Shown here in pieces: positions 50,607 to 62,231 of a stretch of 64,000 nucleotides of DNA (within the stretch, counting starts at the first letter, position 1; each line of letters starts with the position of its first letter). The notes under the pieces are model-generated. The model searched no databases and had not been told where the DNA came from. It saw only the letters and a program-made list of their open reading frames with translations. Position numbers and translations under genes: made by a program. Where the stretch lies: the NCBI RefSeq assembly GCF_988243305.1, contig NZ_OZ547136.1; one strand, written 5' to 3'.

Positions 50607-51743
50607 ATGAAAGCCTTCACCCGCACGCTAAAAACCGCGATGCCGACCATGCTGCTTTTCGCATCATTAAGTGGAGTCACGACAATGAGTTATGCTGATT
50701 CAACCAATCCTAATGCCCCTGTGTCCATGACAGATAAATGGGATAAAACGTTCGCCGAGAGCCAGAAAGTCGATCACCGTAAAGTCTCGTTCCCGAACCG
50801 ATATGGCATCACCTTAGTGGGCGATCTTTACCTGCCTAAAGACCGTGGCGATCGCAAGCTGGCGGCGATTGCGGTCAGTGGGCCATTTGGCGCGGTGAAA
50901 GAGCAATCCAGCGGCTTGTATGCGCAGACGCTGGCGGAACGAGGGTTTGTTACCCTGGCGTTCGATCCTTCTTACACCGGGGAAAGCGGCGGCTATCCGC
51001 GAAACGTCGCCTCACCGGATATCAACACTGAAGATTTCAGCGCGGCGGTGGATTTCTTAGGGCTGCAAAAAGAGGTAGATCGCAACCGTATCGGGCTGCT
51101 CGGTATTTGTGGCTGGGGCGGCATGGCGCTGAACGACGTGGCGATGGATACCCGCGTTAAAGCGGTAGCTACCAGCGTGATGTATGACATGAGCCGGGCG
51201 ATGGGTCATGGTGTGGGGGATGGCAAAGACCGTTATTCTACCGCCGACCGTCGTGCCGTTCTGCAATATCTGAATGAACAGCGCTGGCAGGATGCGCAGA
51301 GCGGAACGTTCGCTCACGGTGGTCATGATATTAATGTCGATAGCAACGGCAAGGTCAGTGCGGGCGAGCGCATTCTGCCAGAAACGCTGCCGGCAAATCC
51401 TCATCCGGTACTGAAAGAGTTCTTTGACTACTATCGCATGCCGCGCGGCTTCCACGAACGTTCCGTTAACTCTACCGGGGCGTGGACGGCAACGATGCCG
51501 CTGTCATTTATGAATATGCCGCTGTTGAGCTACGCCAGTGAAATCACCATTCCGACGCTGATTGTGACCGGTGAGAAAGCACATTCACGCTATTTTGCTG
51601 AAGATGCTTACAAGGCGGTTGGCAGTAAAGACAAAGAGTTGGTGGTGGTACCAGGGGCAAATCACGTGGACCTGTACGATAACGTGGCCGGAAAAATACC
51701 TTTCGCGAAGTTCGAACAATTTTTCCAGACCAAACTGAAATAA
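50607..51743 (+). CDS. Secreted alpha/beta hydrolase (dienelactone-hydrolase-like)
   Basis: ORF track 50586..51743; start at ATG 50607 (MKAFTRTLK...) preceded by GGGGA; signal peptide; nucleophile-elbow-like GICGWGG. Confidence 0.65.
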   Translation: MKAFTRTLKTAMPTMLLFASLSGVTTMSYADSTNPNAPVSMTDKWDKTFAESQKVDHRKVSFPNRYGITLVGDLYLPKDRGDRKLAAIAVSGPFGAVKEQSSGLYAQTLAERGFVTLAFDPSYTGESGGYPRNVASPDINTEDFSAAVDFLGLQKEVDRNRIGLLGICGWGGMALNDVAMDTRVKAVATSVMYDMSRAMGHGVGDGKDRYSTADRRAVLQYLNEQRWQDAQSGTFAHGGHDINVDSNGKVSAGERILPETLPANPHPVLKEFFDYYRMPRGFHERSVNSTGAWTATMPLSFMNMPLLSYASEITIPTLIVTGEKAHSRYFAEDAYKAVGSKDKELVVVPGANHVDLYDNVAGKIPFAKFEQFFQTKLK

Positions 51744-51818
51744 AACCTCTCCTGAATTGATGCAAAGCCACCGGCCATAGGCTGGTGGCTTTTATCCTGA
51801 TCTTTGTGAAATTTCACT

Positions 51819-53012
51819 ATGTCGACACTAAGCCAAACACTATCACCTCATCATCAGCGCGCATACTGGGGCGGTATTTTTGCCATGACCCTGTGCGTGT
51901 TTGTGCTGATTGCTTCTGAATTTATGCCCGTCAGCCTGCTCACGCCGATTACCCGCGATTTAGGCGTGACGGAGGGGCTTGCAGGGCAGGGGATTGCTAT
52001 CTCCGGCGCGCTGGCGGTTCTGACCAGCCTGACGCTTTCAACGCTAGCTGGAAAGATGAATCGTAAGTTCCTGCTGCTGGGGATGACGGTTCTGATGGCC
52101 GTATCGGGGCTTATTATTGCGCTGGCTTCCAGTTATCTGATGTATATGGTCGGTCGTGCGATGATTGGTGTGGCTATTGGCGGATTCTGGTCGATGTCAG
52201 CGGCAACGGCGATTCGTCTGGTGCCGCAGCATCAGGTCACGCGTGCGCTGGCAATTTTCAACGCCGGTAATGCGCTGGCGACGGTCGTGGCCGCACCGCT
52301 GGGAAGCTATCTGGGGGCTACGGTCGGATGGCGAGGCGCTTTCTTGTGCCTGGTGCCCATCGCGGTTGTCGCCTTTATCTGGCAGTGCATCAGCCTGCCA
52401 AGCATGGATGCGAATAAAAGCCACACTTCATGTGGCGCGGTATTCCGCTTATTTAGCCGCCGCATGGTTGTGGTCGGCATGATAGCTTGTGGCCTGTTTT
52501 TCATGGGGCAGTTTGCGCTATTCACCTATGTGCGCCCGTTTCTGGAGTCGGTGACACGGGTTAATTCCTTAGGCTTGTCGTCGATTTTGCTGATTATCGG
52601 CGTGGCCGGTTTTATTGGCACGCTGGTTGTTTCGGCATTTCTCAACAGAAAATTCTACCCCACGCTGATGGCCATACCCGGACTGATGGCCGTCATTGCC
52701 ATCGGTCTGATGCTTACCGGGCATCACGTCTGGACGGTCTCGCTGCTGTTAGGACTCTGGGGCATGCTGGCCACCGCCGCGCCAACCGGATGGTGGACAT
52801 GGATTGCGCGTACGTTGCCTGACAACGCCGAAGCTGGAGGCGGGCTCATGGTCGCGGTGATTCAGCTCGCCATCGCCCTTGGATCAACGGCAGGAGGCAT
52901 TGTGTTTGACCGCCTTGGCTGGCAGAGCACGTTTGCTATGAGTAGCGTGCTGCTCCTTTGCGCTGGCGTACTGACCTTTGTTACCGCACGCCAGAAGGCC
53001 GGTGCGCTTTAG
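51819..53012 (+). CDS. MFS-family transporter
   Basis: 397 aa; about 12 predicted hydrophobic helices. Confidence 0.75.
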   Translation: MSTLSQTLSPHHQRAYWGGIFAMTLCVFVLIASEFMPVSLLTPITRDLGVTEGLAGQGIAISGALAVLTSLTLSTLAGKMNRKFLLLGMTVLMAVSGLIIALASSYLMYMVGRAMIGVAIGGFWSMSAATAIRLVPQHQVTRALAIFNAGNALATVVAAPLGSYLGATVGWRGAFLCLVPIAVVAFIWQCISLPSMDANKSHTSCGAVFRLFSRRMVVVGMIACGLFFMGQFALFTYVRPFLESVTRVNSLGLSSILLIIGVAGFIGTLVVSAFLNRKFYPTLMAIPGLMAVIAIGLMLTGHHVWTVSLLLGLWGMLATAAPTGWWTWIARTLPDNAEAGGGLMVAVIQLAIALGSTAGGIVFDRLGWQSTFAMSSVLLLCAGVLTFVTARQKAGAL

Positions 53013-53055
53013 TCCGGCGAGGGCGCGCGTTGCTGAATAAGTTACACAAGGCGAT

Positions 53056-53088
53056 GAGCGCCCACTATGGGTTGGGCGCTCTTTTAAA
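53056..53088 (+). terminator. Rho-independent terminator after the MFS transporter gene
   Basis: 9-bp stem GAGCGCCCA / TGGGCGCTC with 8-nt loop, followed by TTTTAAA. Confidence 0.55.
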
Positions 53089-53192
53089 CGATTTAGGTGA
53101 TTTTCTAAAACGGCTACTGCAGATTTTTTCTCTTAATTTATGGGTATTTCCCCCGGAGGCGAGAAAGCGCTCTCCACGCCCGGCCGCAAGGA

Positions 53193-54149
53193 TCAGGACG
53201 ACGGGGGCAGGCATGAATCCTCATCCTGATGGAGACGTACAGAGGCGACTTCTGCCAGCACGGAGAGTGCCAGAGTATGCGCATCCCGGGCTTTGGGGAA
53301 TATCCCGACGGGTGCCCGGATTTGCGCTGTCTCCTCCCTGGACCATCCCAGCTCGTGGAGCTTTTGCAGACGTAAAGTGTGGGTTCGATAGCTGCCCAAT
53401 GCGCCGAGATAAAAGGGTTTTGCTTCTCGCGCGGCCTGCAACACTGGCAGCTCCCGGTTGAGATCATGGCACAGCAAAATGACCGCCGTATCGGTATCGA
53501 TCTGAGCGCTGGCTGAGGCCGGAAAAAGATCGAAGATATGGCTGTCATAGCCTGTGGCTGCTGCAAGACTCGCGGTTGCCTGCGCTTCAAGAGAACGTCC
53601 GTAAATCATCAGCCTGACGCATGGCCTGAACCCCACCTCAAAGCCATTGAGATTCCAGCCCGTCCGGGTTTGCGTGGGCAGGCACACCAGCGATTGAGCT
53701 TGCGGATCGTAGCGCAGACCCGCCGGTTTTCTCTGTTCCAGGCGGTTCAGCACGGCGAGCAGAGGCTGTGCCGAGCGTAGTTTATGGAGCGTCAGCGTGA
53801 TCCCACCGCCGCAGGGCAGAACGATGTCAAACCACGGCGAACCTTCGCCATAGCGAATTTCGCGATCGCGGTCTGAGCCCATCATCTCCAGCGCTTCAAA
53901 AGCGGCAGCGGCCTCCACGCAGCCGCCAGAGACAAAACCGCAATAACGACCATCTTCGCGCACCACCATCTGTGCCCCGAGCGGGCGCGCCGCGCCGCCG
54001 CGTATTTCCACCAGCGTCACCAGCACCGCTCCTTTACCGGACATTAGCGCCTCTACGGCGAAGCGCAGAATGGTCCGGTGGTCATCGGTGAGAAACGCCT
54101 GCTCTGGCTTATGCCAGTGCTCGTCTTTGTCAAAAAGCGAGTATGACAT
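53193..54149 (-). CDS. paoD: Molybdenum cofactor insertion chaperone PaoD (XdhC family)
   Basis: 318 aa; matches YagQ/PaoD as recalled. Confidence 0.85.
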   Translation of the reverse strand: MSYSLFDKDEHWHKPEQAFLTDDHRTILRFAVEALMSGKGAVLVTLVEIRGGAARPLGAQMVVREDGRYCGFVSGGCVEAAAAFEALEMMGSDRDREIRYGEGSPWFDIVLPCGGGITLTLHKLRSAQPLLAVLNRLEQRKPAGLRYDPQAQSLVCLPTQTRTGWNLNGFEVGFRPCVRLMIYGRSLEAQATASLAAATGYDSHIFDLFPASASAQIDTDTAVILLCHDLNRELPVLQAAREAKPFYLGALGSYRTHTLRLQKLHELGWSREETAQIRAPVGIFPKARDAHTLALSVLAEVASVRLHQDEDSCLPPSS

Positions 54150-54158
54150 TGTTCCTCC

Positions 54159-56357
54159 TTAAACCACATCCGGCAGTTTATCGAGCAGCTTATCCAGAGT
54201 GATGGGATAATCCCGTACCCGAATACCGGTGGCGTTATACACCGCGTTGGCGATAGCCGCGCTCACGCCGCACAGGCCCAGCTCACCGACACCTTTGGCC
54301 TTCATCGGGGAGGATATGGGGTCGGTATCATCCAGGAAAATCACCTCCTGTTTTGGGATATCCGCATGGACCGGCACCTCATACCCCGCCATATCGTGAT
54401 TAACGAAGTAGCCCAAACGGTCATCTACCGCCAGCTCCTCCATCAGTGCCGCGCCCATGCCCATAGTCATCGCGCCAATGACCTGGCTGCGTGCAGTTTT
54501 CGGATTCAGGATGCGTCCTGCAGCACACACAGCGAGCATACGCCGGACCCGAACTTCTCCCGTCGCGCTATGCACGCCGACCTCCACAAAATGCCCGGCA
54601 AAGGTCGATTGCTGGTACTCCTTGCTCAGTGTTCCGAATTCAATGCTCTCTTCCGCTGTCAGTCTGCCGCCTGCGGTGGCCTCATGTAGCATGGCGCTTC
54701 GGGTACCGTTGGTAATCTTGCCGTCGGCAAACTGCGACTGCTCAGGATCAAACCCGACTGCCGAGGCAATCATTTCGCGAAGCTTCACACAGGCGGCGTA
54801 AACGCCGGAGGTGGAGGTATTCGCGCCCCATTGTCCACCAGAACCCGCAGAAACCGGGAAACTGGAATCGCCGAGGTGAACCGCAACCTGCTCCAGCGGT
54901 ACGCCAAGCATTTCCGCTGCCGTCTGGGCCAGAATGGTGTAGCTGCCAGTGCCAATATCGGTCATGTCCGTTTCCACGGTAACGGTGCCGTTTTGTTCTA
55001 GGTGAACCCGCGCACCCGATTTTTCCAGCAGATTATTGCGAAAGCCCGCCGCAACACCGTGGCCGACTAGCCACTCCCCGTCGCGTACCTGTCCGGGTGT
55101 GGCGTTGCGCAGCTTCCAGCCAAATTTATCCGCTCCGGTGCGCAAGCACTCGATAAGCTGACGGCGAGAGAAGCGGCGCGTCGGGTCGGCGGGGTCAACC
55201 TGAGTGTCATTCAGGATGCGAAACTCGACGGGATCGATGCCCGCTTTTTCCGCCAGTTCGTCGATCGCGATTTCGAGCGCCATCAGACCGGGGGCTTCGC
55301 CGGGCGCACGCATGGCGTTCCCTTCCGGCAAATCAAGCGTGGCGAGCCGCAGGCCGGTATGACGATTCGCCCCTGCGTAAAGAAATTCGCTTTGCTGTAC
55401 CGCCGTTTCCGGCGTGCCGCCGGGCAGGTTTCCGGACCAGCTTTCATGTGAGATAGCGGTGATTTTCCCGCTCTGGTCGGCACCGATACGCAGGTGCTGA
55501 AGGGTGGCGGGGCGGTGCGTGGTGTTATTGGGAATAGTGGGGCGGGGGAGCATCACTTTAACCGGACGTTTCACCGCACGGGCGGCGAGGGCCGCCAGCA
55601 GCGCATCGCTTCTCAGGAACAGCTTGCCGCCAAACCCTCCACCGATATACGGGGAGATAATACGCACATTCTCCACGGGCACTTTCAGCGTTTTTGCCAG
55701 ATCGGTGCGGCACCAGTCAATCATCTGATTTGAGGTCCAGAGGGTAAGCTTATTTCCATCCCAGACGGCCATCGAGGCATGCGGCTCCATCGCCATATGG
55801 CTCTGGTCCGGGGTCGTGTAGGTAGCATCAATCTTCACCGCAGCGGAGGTGAAAGCCCCGTCAAAGTCACCAACATTTTTATCGGGCGTGTCTTCCGGCG
55901 GCTGACTGACGGCCTGTTTCTCGTCCGCCAGGGAGTAAGCTCCTTTATTACGGCGATAGTGCGCCTGCACCAGCGAGGCCGCCGCTCGCGCCTGTTCGAA
56001 GGTCTCGGCCACTACCAGCGCAATGGCCTGATGATAGTGCTCAATAGTGGGGCCGGCTAACAGCCTGGCGGTGTTTTTGTCGCCTTTGCCGAGTGCCCCA
56101 GCGTTACTGGCGGTAATGACAGCCAGTACGCCCGGCGCTTTTTGCGCGGCGTCCGTATCAAGGGCGGTGAGGCGTCCTTTGGCAATGGCAGAACTGACGA
56201 TATAACCATAGGCGGCGTTGGGGGCTTCTTCATGCCATTCGTAGGCGTAGCGTGCCGTGCCGGTAGTTTTCAGCGGTCCGTCGATGCGGTCATGGGGACG
56301 ACCGACAACCTTCAGCTGATCGATCGGGTTTTCCCCTGCGGGTTTATCAAATTTCAT
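54159..56357 (-). CDS. paoC: Periplasmic aldehyde oxidoreductase molybdopterin subunit PaoC
   Basis: 732 aa; xanthine-dehydrogenase-family molybdopterin subunit. Confidence 0.9.
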   Translation of the reverse strand: MKFDKPAGENPIDQLKVVGRPHDRIDGPLKTTGTARYAYEWHEEAPNAAYGYIVSSAIAKGRLTALDTDAAQKAPGVLAVITASNAGALGKGDKNTARLLAGPTIEHYHQAIALVVAETFEQARAAASLVQAHYRRNKGAYSLADEKQAVSQPPEDTPDKNVGDFDGAFTSAAVKIDATYTTPDQSHMAMEPHASMAVWDGNKLTLWTSNQMIDWCRTDLAKTLKVPVENVRIISPYIGGGFGGKLFLRSDALLAALAARAVKRPVKVMLPRPTIPNNTTHRPATLQHLRIGADQSGKITAISHESWSGNLPGGTPETAVQQSEFLYAGANRHTGLRLATLDLPEGNAMRAPGEAPGLMALEIAIDELAEKAGIDPVEFRILNDTQVDPADPTRRFSRRQLIECLRTGADKFGWKLRNATPGQVRDGEWLVGHGVAAGFRNNLLEKSGARVHLEQNGTVTVETDMTDIGTGSYTILAQTAAEMLGVPLEQVAVHLGDSSFPVSAGSGGQWGANTSTSGVYAACVKLREMIASAVGFDPEQSQFADGKITNGTRSAMLHEATAGGRLTAEESIEFGTLSKEYQQSTFAGHFVEVGVHSATGEVRVRRMLAVCAAGRILNPKTARSQVIGAMTMGMGAALMEELAVDDRLGYFVNHDMAGYEVPVHADIPKQEVIFLDDTDPISSPMKAKGVGELGLCGVSAAIANAVYNATGIRVRDYPITLDKLLDKLPDVV

Positions 56358-57310
56358 GCCTGTGCCCTCGCTTCAGCCAGTACGGAGGCAAGCGTTCGCT
56401 TCGCCAACAGGAGTTTAAAGGTGTTTTCAGCGGTGGGATGGGCGCTGGCGAACAGCGCGTCATACACGGCCTGCGCCCCCTGGGATAGCTGAGCATCCGC
56501 AGCCTCAATGCGCCAGGGCTTATGTGCTACTCCGCCCAGCGCGACGCGCCCGCTGCCGTCAGGCTGAATAATCGCCGCGACCGATACCAGGGCAAAGGCG
56601 TAGGAGGCGCGATCGCGCACCTTGCGGTAGATATGTTTTCCGCCGAGCGGCGGAGGTAACGTCACCGCAACGATAAGCTCACCGGGAAGCAGGGCGGTTT
56701 CAATGTGCGGCGTTTTTCCCGGAGGGTGATAAAAATCAGCCAGTGTGATACTGCGAGTCTTTCCCTCCGGCGTGATGGTTTCCACCACCGCATCCAGCAA
56801 CCGCATTGCGACCGCCATATCGCTCGGATGGGTGGCAATGCAGGCTTCGCTTACGCCTACCACCGCGTGCTGACGGCTAAAGCCTTCAAGTGCCGCGCAG
56901 CCGCTCCCGGGCAGGCGCTTATTGCAGGGCTGATTGGTGTCGTAAAAATAGGGGCAGCGCGTGCGCTGGAGCAGATTACCTGCGGTGGTTGCCTGATTAC
57001 GTAACTGACCAGACGCGCCAGCGAGCAGGGCGCGGGAGAGTACCGCGTAATCACGACGAACGCGCTCGTGAGCTGCCAGGTCGGTGTTCCGTACCAGTGC
57101 GCCGATGCGCAGCCCACCCGCGTCGGTCACTTCAATCTTATCGAGCCCGAGCCCGTTCACATCGATAAGGTGGGTTGGCGTTTCAATTTCCAGCTTCATC
57201 AGGTCCAGCAGATTGGTCCCGCCCGCGATAAATTTTGCGCCGGGTACGCGCTGAGCGCTAAGTGCCGCCTCGGCAGGGGTGTTCACACGTTCATAGGTAA
57301 ACGCCTTCAT
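56354..57310 (-). CDS. paoB: Aldehyde oxidoreductase FAD-binding subunit PaoB
   Basis: 318 aa; overlaps paoC start by 4 nt. Confidence 0.9.
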   Translation of the reverse strand: MKAFTYERVNTPAEAALSAQRVPGAKFIAGGTNLLDLMKLEIETPTHLIDVNGLGLDKIEVTDAGGLRIGALVRNTDLAAHERVRRDYAVLSRALLAGASGQLRNQATTAGNLLQRTRCPYFYDTNQPCNKRLPGSGCAALEGFSRQHAVVGVSEACIATHPSDMAVAMRLLDAVVETITPEGKTRSITLADFYHPPGKTPHIETALLPGELIVAVTLPPPLGGKHIYRKVRDRASYAFALVSVAAIIQPDGSGRVALGGVAHKPWRIEAADAQLSQGAQAVYDALFASAHPTAENTFKLLLAKRTLASVLAEARAQA

Positions 57311-57996
57311 GATTTTATCTCCCCCGCAGCGTCTTCAATGGCGGCAAGGATGTTAGCGTATGCACCACAGCGACAGATGTTGCCGCTCATACGTTCACGG
57401 ATCTCATCGGCAGTTCTTTCTGGAGGGGAAACCAAATCGACCGTGACGTGACTGGGAATGCCGTCCTGAATCTCTTTTAGCACCGCTACTGATGAGCAAA
57501 TTTGCCCGGAGGTGCAGTAGCCGCACTGGAAGCCATCATGCTTGATAAAGGCCGCCTGCATGGGGTGAAGATTCTCTGGTGAACCCAGGCCTTCAATGGT
57601 GGTGATCTCGGCCCCCTGATGCATGACTGCAAGCGTCAGGCAGGCATTAAGCCTGCGACCATTGACCAGCACGGTACAGGCTCCGCACTGCCCGTGATCG
57701 CAACCTTTCTTGGTACCGATCAGATGCAGATTTTCACGCAAAGCGTCCAGTAGCGTGGTTCGGGTATCAACGTCCAACTGCTCGGTTTTGCCGTTCACCT
57801 TAAGTGTCAGGGGCATTATCTCTGGCGCGGGTGTAGCTGCCGGAACGCTTGCTGCAAGCGTAGAATGAGGATAAACCACGGCGGTCGCCGCCGTTGCGGC
57901 GCTGACTTTAATCAGATCGCGACGGGTCAAACTAAAATCGTGCGGCTCGTGCTTCCCAACCCGATTATCTTCGGGGTATTCGCCTTGGTTGCTCAT
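57307..57996 (-). CDS. paoA: Aldehyde oxidoreductase 2Fe-2S subunit PaoA (Tat-exported)
   Basis: 229 aa; twin-arginine signal ([18 protein letters not shown]); ferredoxin-type Cys clusters. Confidence 0.9.
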   Translation of the reverse strand: MSNQGEYPEDNRVGKHEPHDFSLTRRDLIKVSAATAATAVVYPHSTLAASVPAATPAPEIMPLTLKVNGKTEQLDVDTRTTLLDALRENLHLIGTKKGCDHGQCGACTVLVNGRRLNACLTLAVMHQGAEITTIEGLGSPENLHPMQAAFIKHDGFQCGYCTSGQICSSVAVLKEIQDGIPSHVTVDLVSPPERTADEIRERMSGNICRCGAYANILAAIEDAAGEIKS

Positions 57997-58402
57997 ACCA
58001 GGCCTCCGGTATTCTAAAGGGGAAAATAAGAGAGCGTTGCGAGAGTTCTGATGCTTTTTTAAACGTTAAGCATAGTCGGTGAGAGCAGGAGGATTATTCT
58101 TAAAACGCGAATGCAGCTATGAGCCCGGCTAATTAATTCATATTCGCCGATGACGGGAGCTCGTTTATTGCTTTAGTTGTGCGATGCAAAAACCGATAAG
58201 GAAACCTGTGATTGTCAGCTCAGCATCACCCTACAAATCTTTGTCACTTTTAACATAAAAATAGGGAGAAATGATGGTGCTTATATTCATTGGCGATTAG
58301 GAAACTATTTTGTTATACAAAACAATACAGTTCTTTACATTTGTCTTGTTTTATGAATACTCCTGAAGAGGTGTATAACATAATGGTACAAGCAGGGTAG
58401 AT

Positions 58403-59017
58403 ATGAATATATTTGAACAAACTCCACCGAACCGCAGACGTTATGGTCTTGCTGCATTCATTGGGCTGATTGCTGGCGTTGTTTCCGCATTTGTGAAGTG
58501 GGGGGCTGAAGTTCCATTGCCGCCACGTAGCCCGGTGGATATGTTTAATGCAGCGTGTGGCCCGGAATCATTAATCAGGGCTGCTGGGCAAATTGATTGC
58601 TCCCGTAATTTTCTCAATCCTCCGTATATTTTTCTTCGAGACTGGCTAGGGCTGACAGATCCCAATGCGGCTGTTTATACCTTTGCCGGGCATGTCTTTA
58701 ACTGGGTTGGCGTTACGCACATTATCTTTTCGATAGTGTTTGCCGTTGGTTACTGTGTGGTCGCTGAAGTATTTCCAAAAATTAAACTCTGGCAGGGCTT
58801 ACTGGCAGGTGCTTTAGCCCAACTTTTTGTTCATATGATTTCATTCCCTCTCATGGGACTGACGCCACCTCTGTTTGATCTCCCTTGGTATGAGAATGTT
58901 TCTGAAATTTTTGGACATTTAGTCTGGTTCTGGTCCATTGAAATTATTCGCAGAGATTTACGAAACAGAATTACTCATGAGCCAGACCCTGAGATCCCTT
59001 TAGGCTCAAACAGATAA
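58403..59017 (+). CDS. yagU: Inner membrane protein YagU (DUF1440)
   Basis: 204 aa; matches YagU as recalled. Confidence 0.85.
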
Positions 59018-59265
59018 TGCATTGAATAATAAAAATGGCGCAAATGCAGCGCCATTTTTATAGGTTAAAAACATTGCTTTTTACTTTCTGAAGCAGATAG
59101 CCAGTGAGTACATCACGCTACTTCAGGATGCTGTAGATCCGGAGAACACTATAGAGGAAGAGGCATTGTTGCTGGCAGATGGAAGAAGTTTCGGGTTTTG
59201 TTATCCCTGAAAAACGAAGCCCCGCGATTATAGCTGGCGGGGCAGTGCAATTAATTATTGCATAT

Positions 59266-59595
59266 TTATAACGGTGTCAGCCCGTATTTAGCTCTTGCAC
59301 GATTGCAAGCCTCATTGACGACTCCGTTCTCACCAGACATGGCGAATTCTCTGCACGTGGACGATCGATTTTTATATATCGTGCAGCAGGCATTTTTGCC
59401 CGGTGTTCCTGCAAGGGCAATACATCGGGGATTTTTCTGATTGGTACCGCTCATGCATCGGTGAAAAGGGGATATTTGTTCAGTGAGCCTGGCGGGAATG
59501 GTACCGCCAGCATCGTCGGCTTCGGCCCAGTAAAAAGAGACGCGGAAAAATGCACAACAGGCACCACACGTCATGCATGGATTCAGATTGCTCAT
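59266..59595 (-). CDS. ykgJ: Cys-rich YkgJ-family protein
   Basis: 109 aa; [11 protein letters not shown] motif. Confidence 0.8.
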
Positions 59596-59908
59596 AATTC
59601 ACCAGTACAGCTTTAAATCGTAAAGAGAACAGCGGTACATCGTATGTAAGAACGTACCGCGGTTGGCTGGTGTACTTTCGATAGTGTGAGTATTGAATGA
59701 TTTCCAGCCTTTACCGATTTTACGTACTAATTCGTGAATAAACCACTCGTTAGCAGGCTGCCTGGTACCTTTCCGTGTCTCCTGAACACTATGGTGTGCA
59801 TATGAGAAAGCCCATCGTTACAGGTGATATTGACGATCGCGTCCACATCATTTAAACGATTATTTGAGTCTCTGAGGTGGAGTTCTTCCCTCGACCGATG
59901 GATAAGTC

Positions 59909-60619
59909 TTAGTCCGCCGAAGGGGGCTTAGCCGGACAGGAATCGCTAATCTTAATGAATTTGTCGTTATAGACCAGATAATGATTCCCCGGCTGACGTA
60001 ACTCAGGCTGATGAACAACGTCTCCCGGACGTAGGTACCAGGCATCGCCTTCCTCTTCGGTCGAATCACATCCTGGCTTAATCAGTAGCTTAAACCATGT
60101 GTTGCCAGTGTTACTTACCGTTCCTGTCACCTGGTCGAAGGACCATTTAAACTGAACCTGACGTGGTCGTACTACCAGAATGGTATCCATCACCACCACC
60201 GGCTCCGTGCTGACCTCGCCGCCGGTTGGGCTGCGTCTTGTCTGGTTGCGAGTGGGGACCTCGCGAAATGAGACCCGGTAGTAGCGCTCGCGGTTATCCT
60301 GTGGACCATGATAGTAAAATTTAAAATACTCGCTCTCACCAGCCTGCAACGCCAGCTGGCGGGGGGCGAAAAGCAGTTCACCATCCACCGGTCGGGTGCG
60401 TAATTCACTGCTGCCCGGGCTATCGATAGCACTGATGGCAATACGGTATATCCGCGCGCTTTTGTTGTTATTCACTACACGTTTGCTGACAAAGTCAGTC
60501 TCGGACGGCAGCGAAAATGTCAGATTGCCGACCGAAATCGCCTGTGTCAAAGGTGCCGCCAGCATACAGACCGCTGTCAGCAGGGCCTTAGTTAATGTTA
60601 CGCCACGTCGCCTGAACAT
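59909..60619 (-). CDS. ecpE: E. coli common pilus chaperone EcpE
   Basis: ORF track 59909..60664; start at [14 protein letters not shown]... gives 236 aa with signal peptide. Confidence 0.8.
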   Translation of the reverse strand: MFRRRGVTLTKALLTAVCMLAAPLTQAISVGNLTFSLPSETDFVSKRVVNNNKSARIYRIAISAIDSPGSSELRTRPVDGELLFAPRQLALQAGESEYFKFYYHGPQDNRERYYRVSFREVPTRNQTRRSPTGGEVSTEPVVVMDTILVVRPRQVQFKWSFDQVTGTVSNTGNTWFKLLIKPGCDSTEEEGDAWYLRPGDVVHQPELRQPGNHYLVYNDKFIKISDSCPAKPPSAD

Positions 60620-62231
60620 GAATTTCTCCTGAAGCGCTGACTTCGCCAAACCAGCCGTTATCATCTACCGTACGCAGCGAAATGGCGTTATCCATTGGAA
60701 TCGAAAATTTGACTGTGGTCTTATCCATCTGCCCCACTTCGCCAGAGATATCAGTCCACGGTGTGGTCAGCCACAGCGCATCGGTCATATCCCGCCAGCT
60801 ATCATCGCACCCGGCATCGTAGGTTTTTGTAGCTCCGTTGCGGGTAATAAAGGAAAGTGTCGCCGGGAACGGTACTTTCGCCTTACCGTCATCGGAGCTG
60901 AAGACACAATAGGAGCGCCCGCCAATCACCTGCGCGGGTCCGGTCACCTTGATCAGCACTTCGTCGGCAGCTGTTTTACCGCTGGTGGTTACGATATAGC
61001 CGAAATCGAGTGCCGACTCGCCGCTGCCAACATATCCCTCCCGCGACGGTGTCTGAGTATATTCATCGGAGATAATACTGATGCTGAAATCACGGGGTTT
61101 GATAATCAGCGTGTTGGAGGTAGAAAATTCATACCAGCCAGACTCCGGTGATGTGGTGTTCTGAAAGCGAAAGTTGAATAGATCTTTAGTGTTGATATCG
61201 CTGATCCCGAGGTTCACCATCTGCTTAAAGAAGTTGCTCGAGAAGAAAACATAGATCGAGTCTGCGCTCTTCATCTCGTTGAAGGTGTAGTAATAGGCAG
61301 TATTGCTCACCGGTTTCCATGAACTGCCATTCAGACTGAACTGCATATCGTACGCCCCGACGGCCGAGGCTAACGACGAGTTGGCGATCGCCGGGAATAT
61401 ATGGATTGAGGTGTTGCTGAGTCCGTTTGTTTGCAGGGTATAGTTAACCATCTTACAACTTAATCCTGAACGGCTGCCGATGGTTTGCGTCCGGCAGTCG
61501 GCGTTCCCTTCGCCCAGAGTCGGTACTCCGTCGCTGTTGATAAACACCTCCGCCAGCGAGTGGGTATTTATCAACCGTAGATTTGCTGCTTTCGTATGGG
61601 TGACGTTGCGAACATACCAGTTGCCGGAGGCCTGATCCTTACAGCGTGCGCCGCTGCTGGCGTCATAGTTCACAGAGGTCTGGCAGGCATTGATGGTCAT
61701 TGTAAAGCTGCTGCCGACGGGCATTTGTTGCAGATACTGGTAAAACGCGTCTGACAACATGCCGTGCATCCACTTCGCGCCGCCGCTGGTCACCGTCGCG
61801 CCATAAAATCCACTGGCGTCGGTGGTTTGCGGCAGGATAAGACTGGTGGTCATATTACACCCAGCGTACCAGTTGATGCAGCGCAAGCCAGTTAAAGGAG
61901 ATGAAACTGGTGAATTTTCCAGCCACATATCAAACTTCCAGTTGGTATAAAGGCCGGTGTTGTAACCGTTATCAATGTAGCCGAGGCTTTGCTGATAGAT
62001 GGTTCCTGAACCATTGTATTTTAAACCGGTCCAGCGGTTGGCACCGGTCAGGCGCGGATCCAGCGCCCCGCCAGGAGTGACGAAAAAGTTGTCGTCTGAG
62101 TTGTTTTCGACAAACACAAACTCGCGTGCCGGAGCATCCGCCCAGGTTGTTTTGCTCACTGCCGCTCTGAGCGCGGTTGCAGGCCAGATTAGCGCAAAGA
62201 TTATCATCGCTATCAGTAGGTTAACTCTCAT
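60588..62231 (-). CDS. ecpD: E. coli common pilus tip adhesin EcpD
   Basis: 547 aa with signal peptide; matches EcpD/YagW. Confidence 0.8.
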   Translation of the reverse strand: MRVNLLIAMIIFALIWPATALRAAVSKTTWADAPAREFVFVENNSDDNFFVTPGGALDPRLTGANRWTGLKYNGSGTIYQQSLGYIDNGYNTGLYTNWKFDMWLENSPVSSPLTGLRCINWYAGCNMTTSLILPQTTDASGFYGATVTSGGAKWMHGMLSDAFYQYLQQMPVGSSFTMTINACQTSVNYDASSGARCKDQASGNWYVRNVTHTKAANLRLINTHSLAEVFINSDGVPTLGEGNADCRTQTIGSRSGLSCKMVNYTLQTNGLSNTSIHIFPAIANSSLASAVGAYDMQFSLNGSSWKPVSNTAYYYTFNEMKSADSIYVFFSSNFFKQMVNLGISDINTKDLFNFRFQNTTSPESGWYEFSTSNTLIIKPRDFSISIISDEYTQTPSREGYVGSGESALDFGYIVTTSGKTAADEVLIKVTGPAQVIGGRSYCVFSSDDGKAKVPFPATLSFITRNGATKTYDAGCDDSWRDMTDALWLTTPWTDISGEVGQMDKTTVKFSIPMDNAISLRTVDDNGWFGEVSASGEIHVQATWRNIN

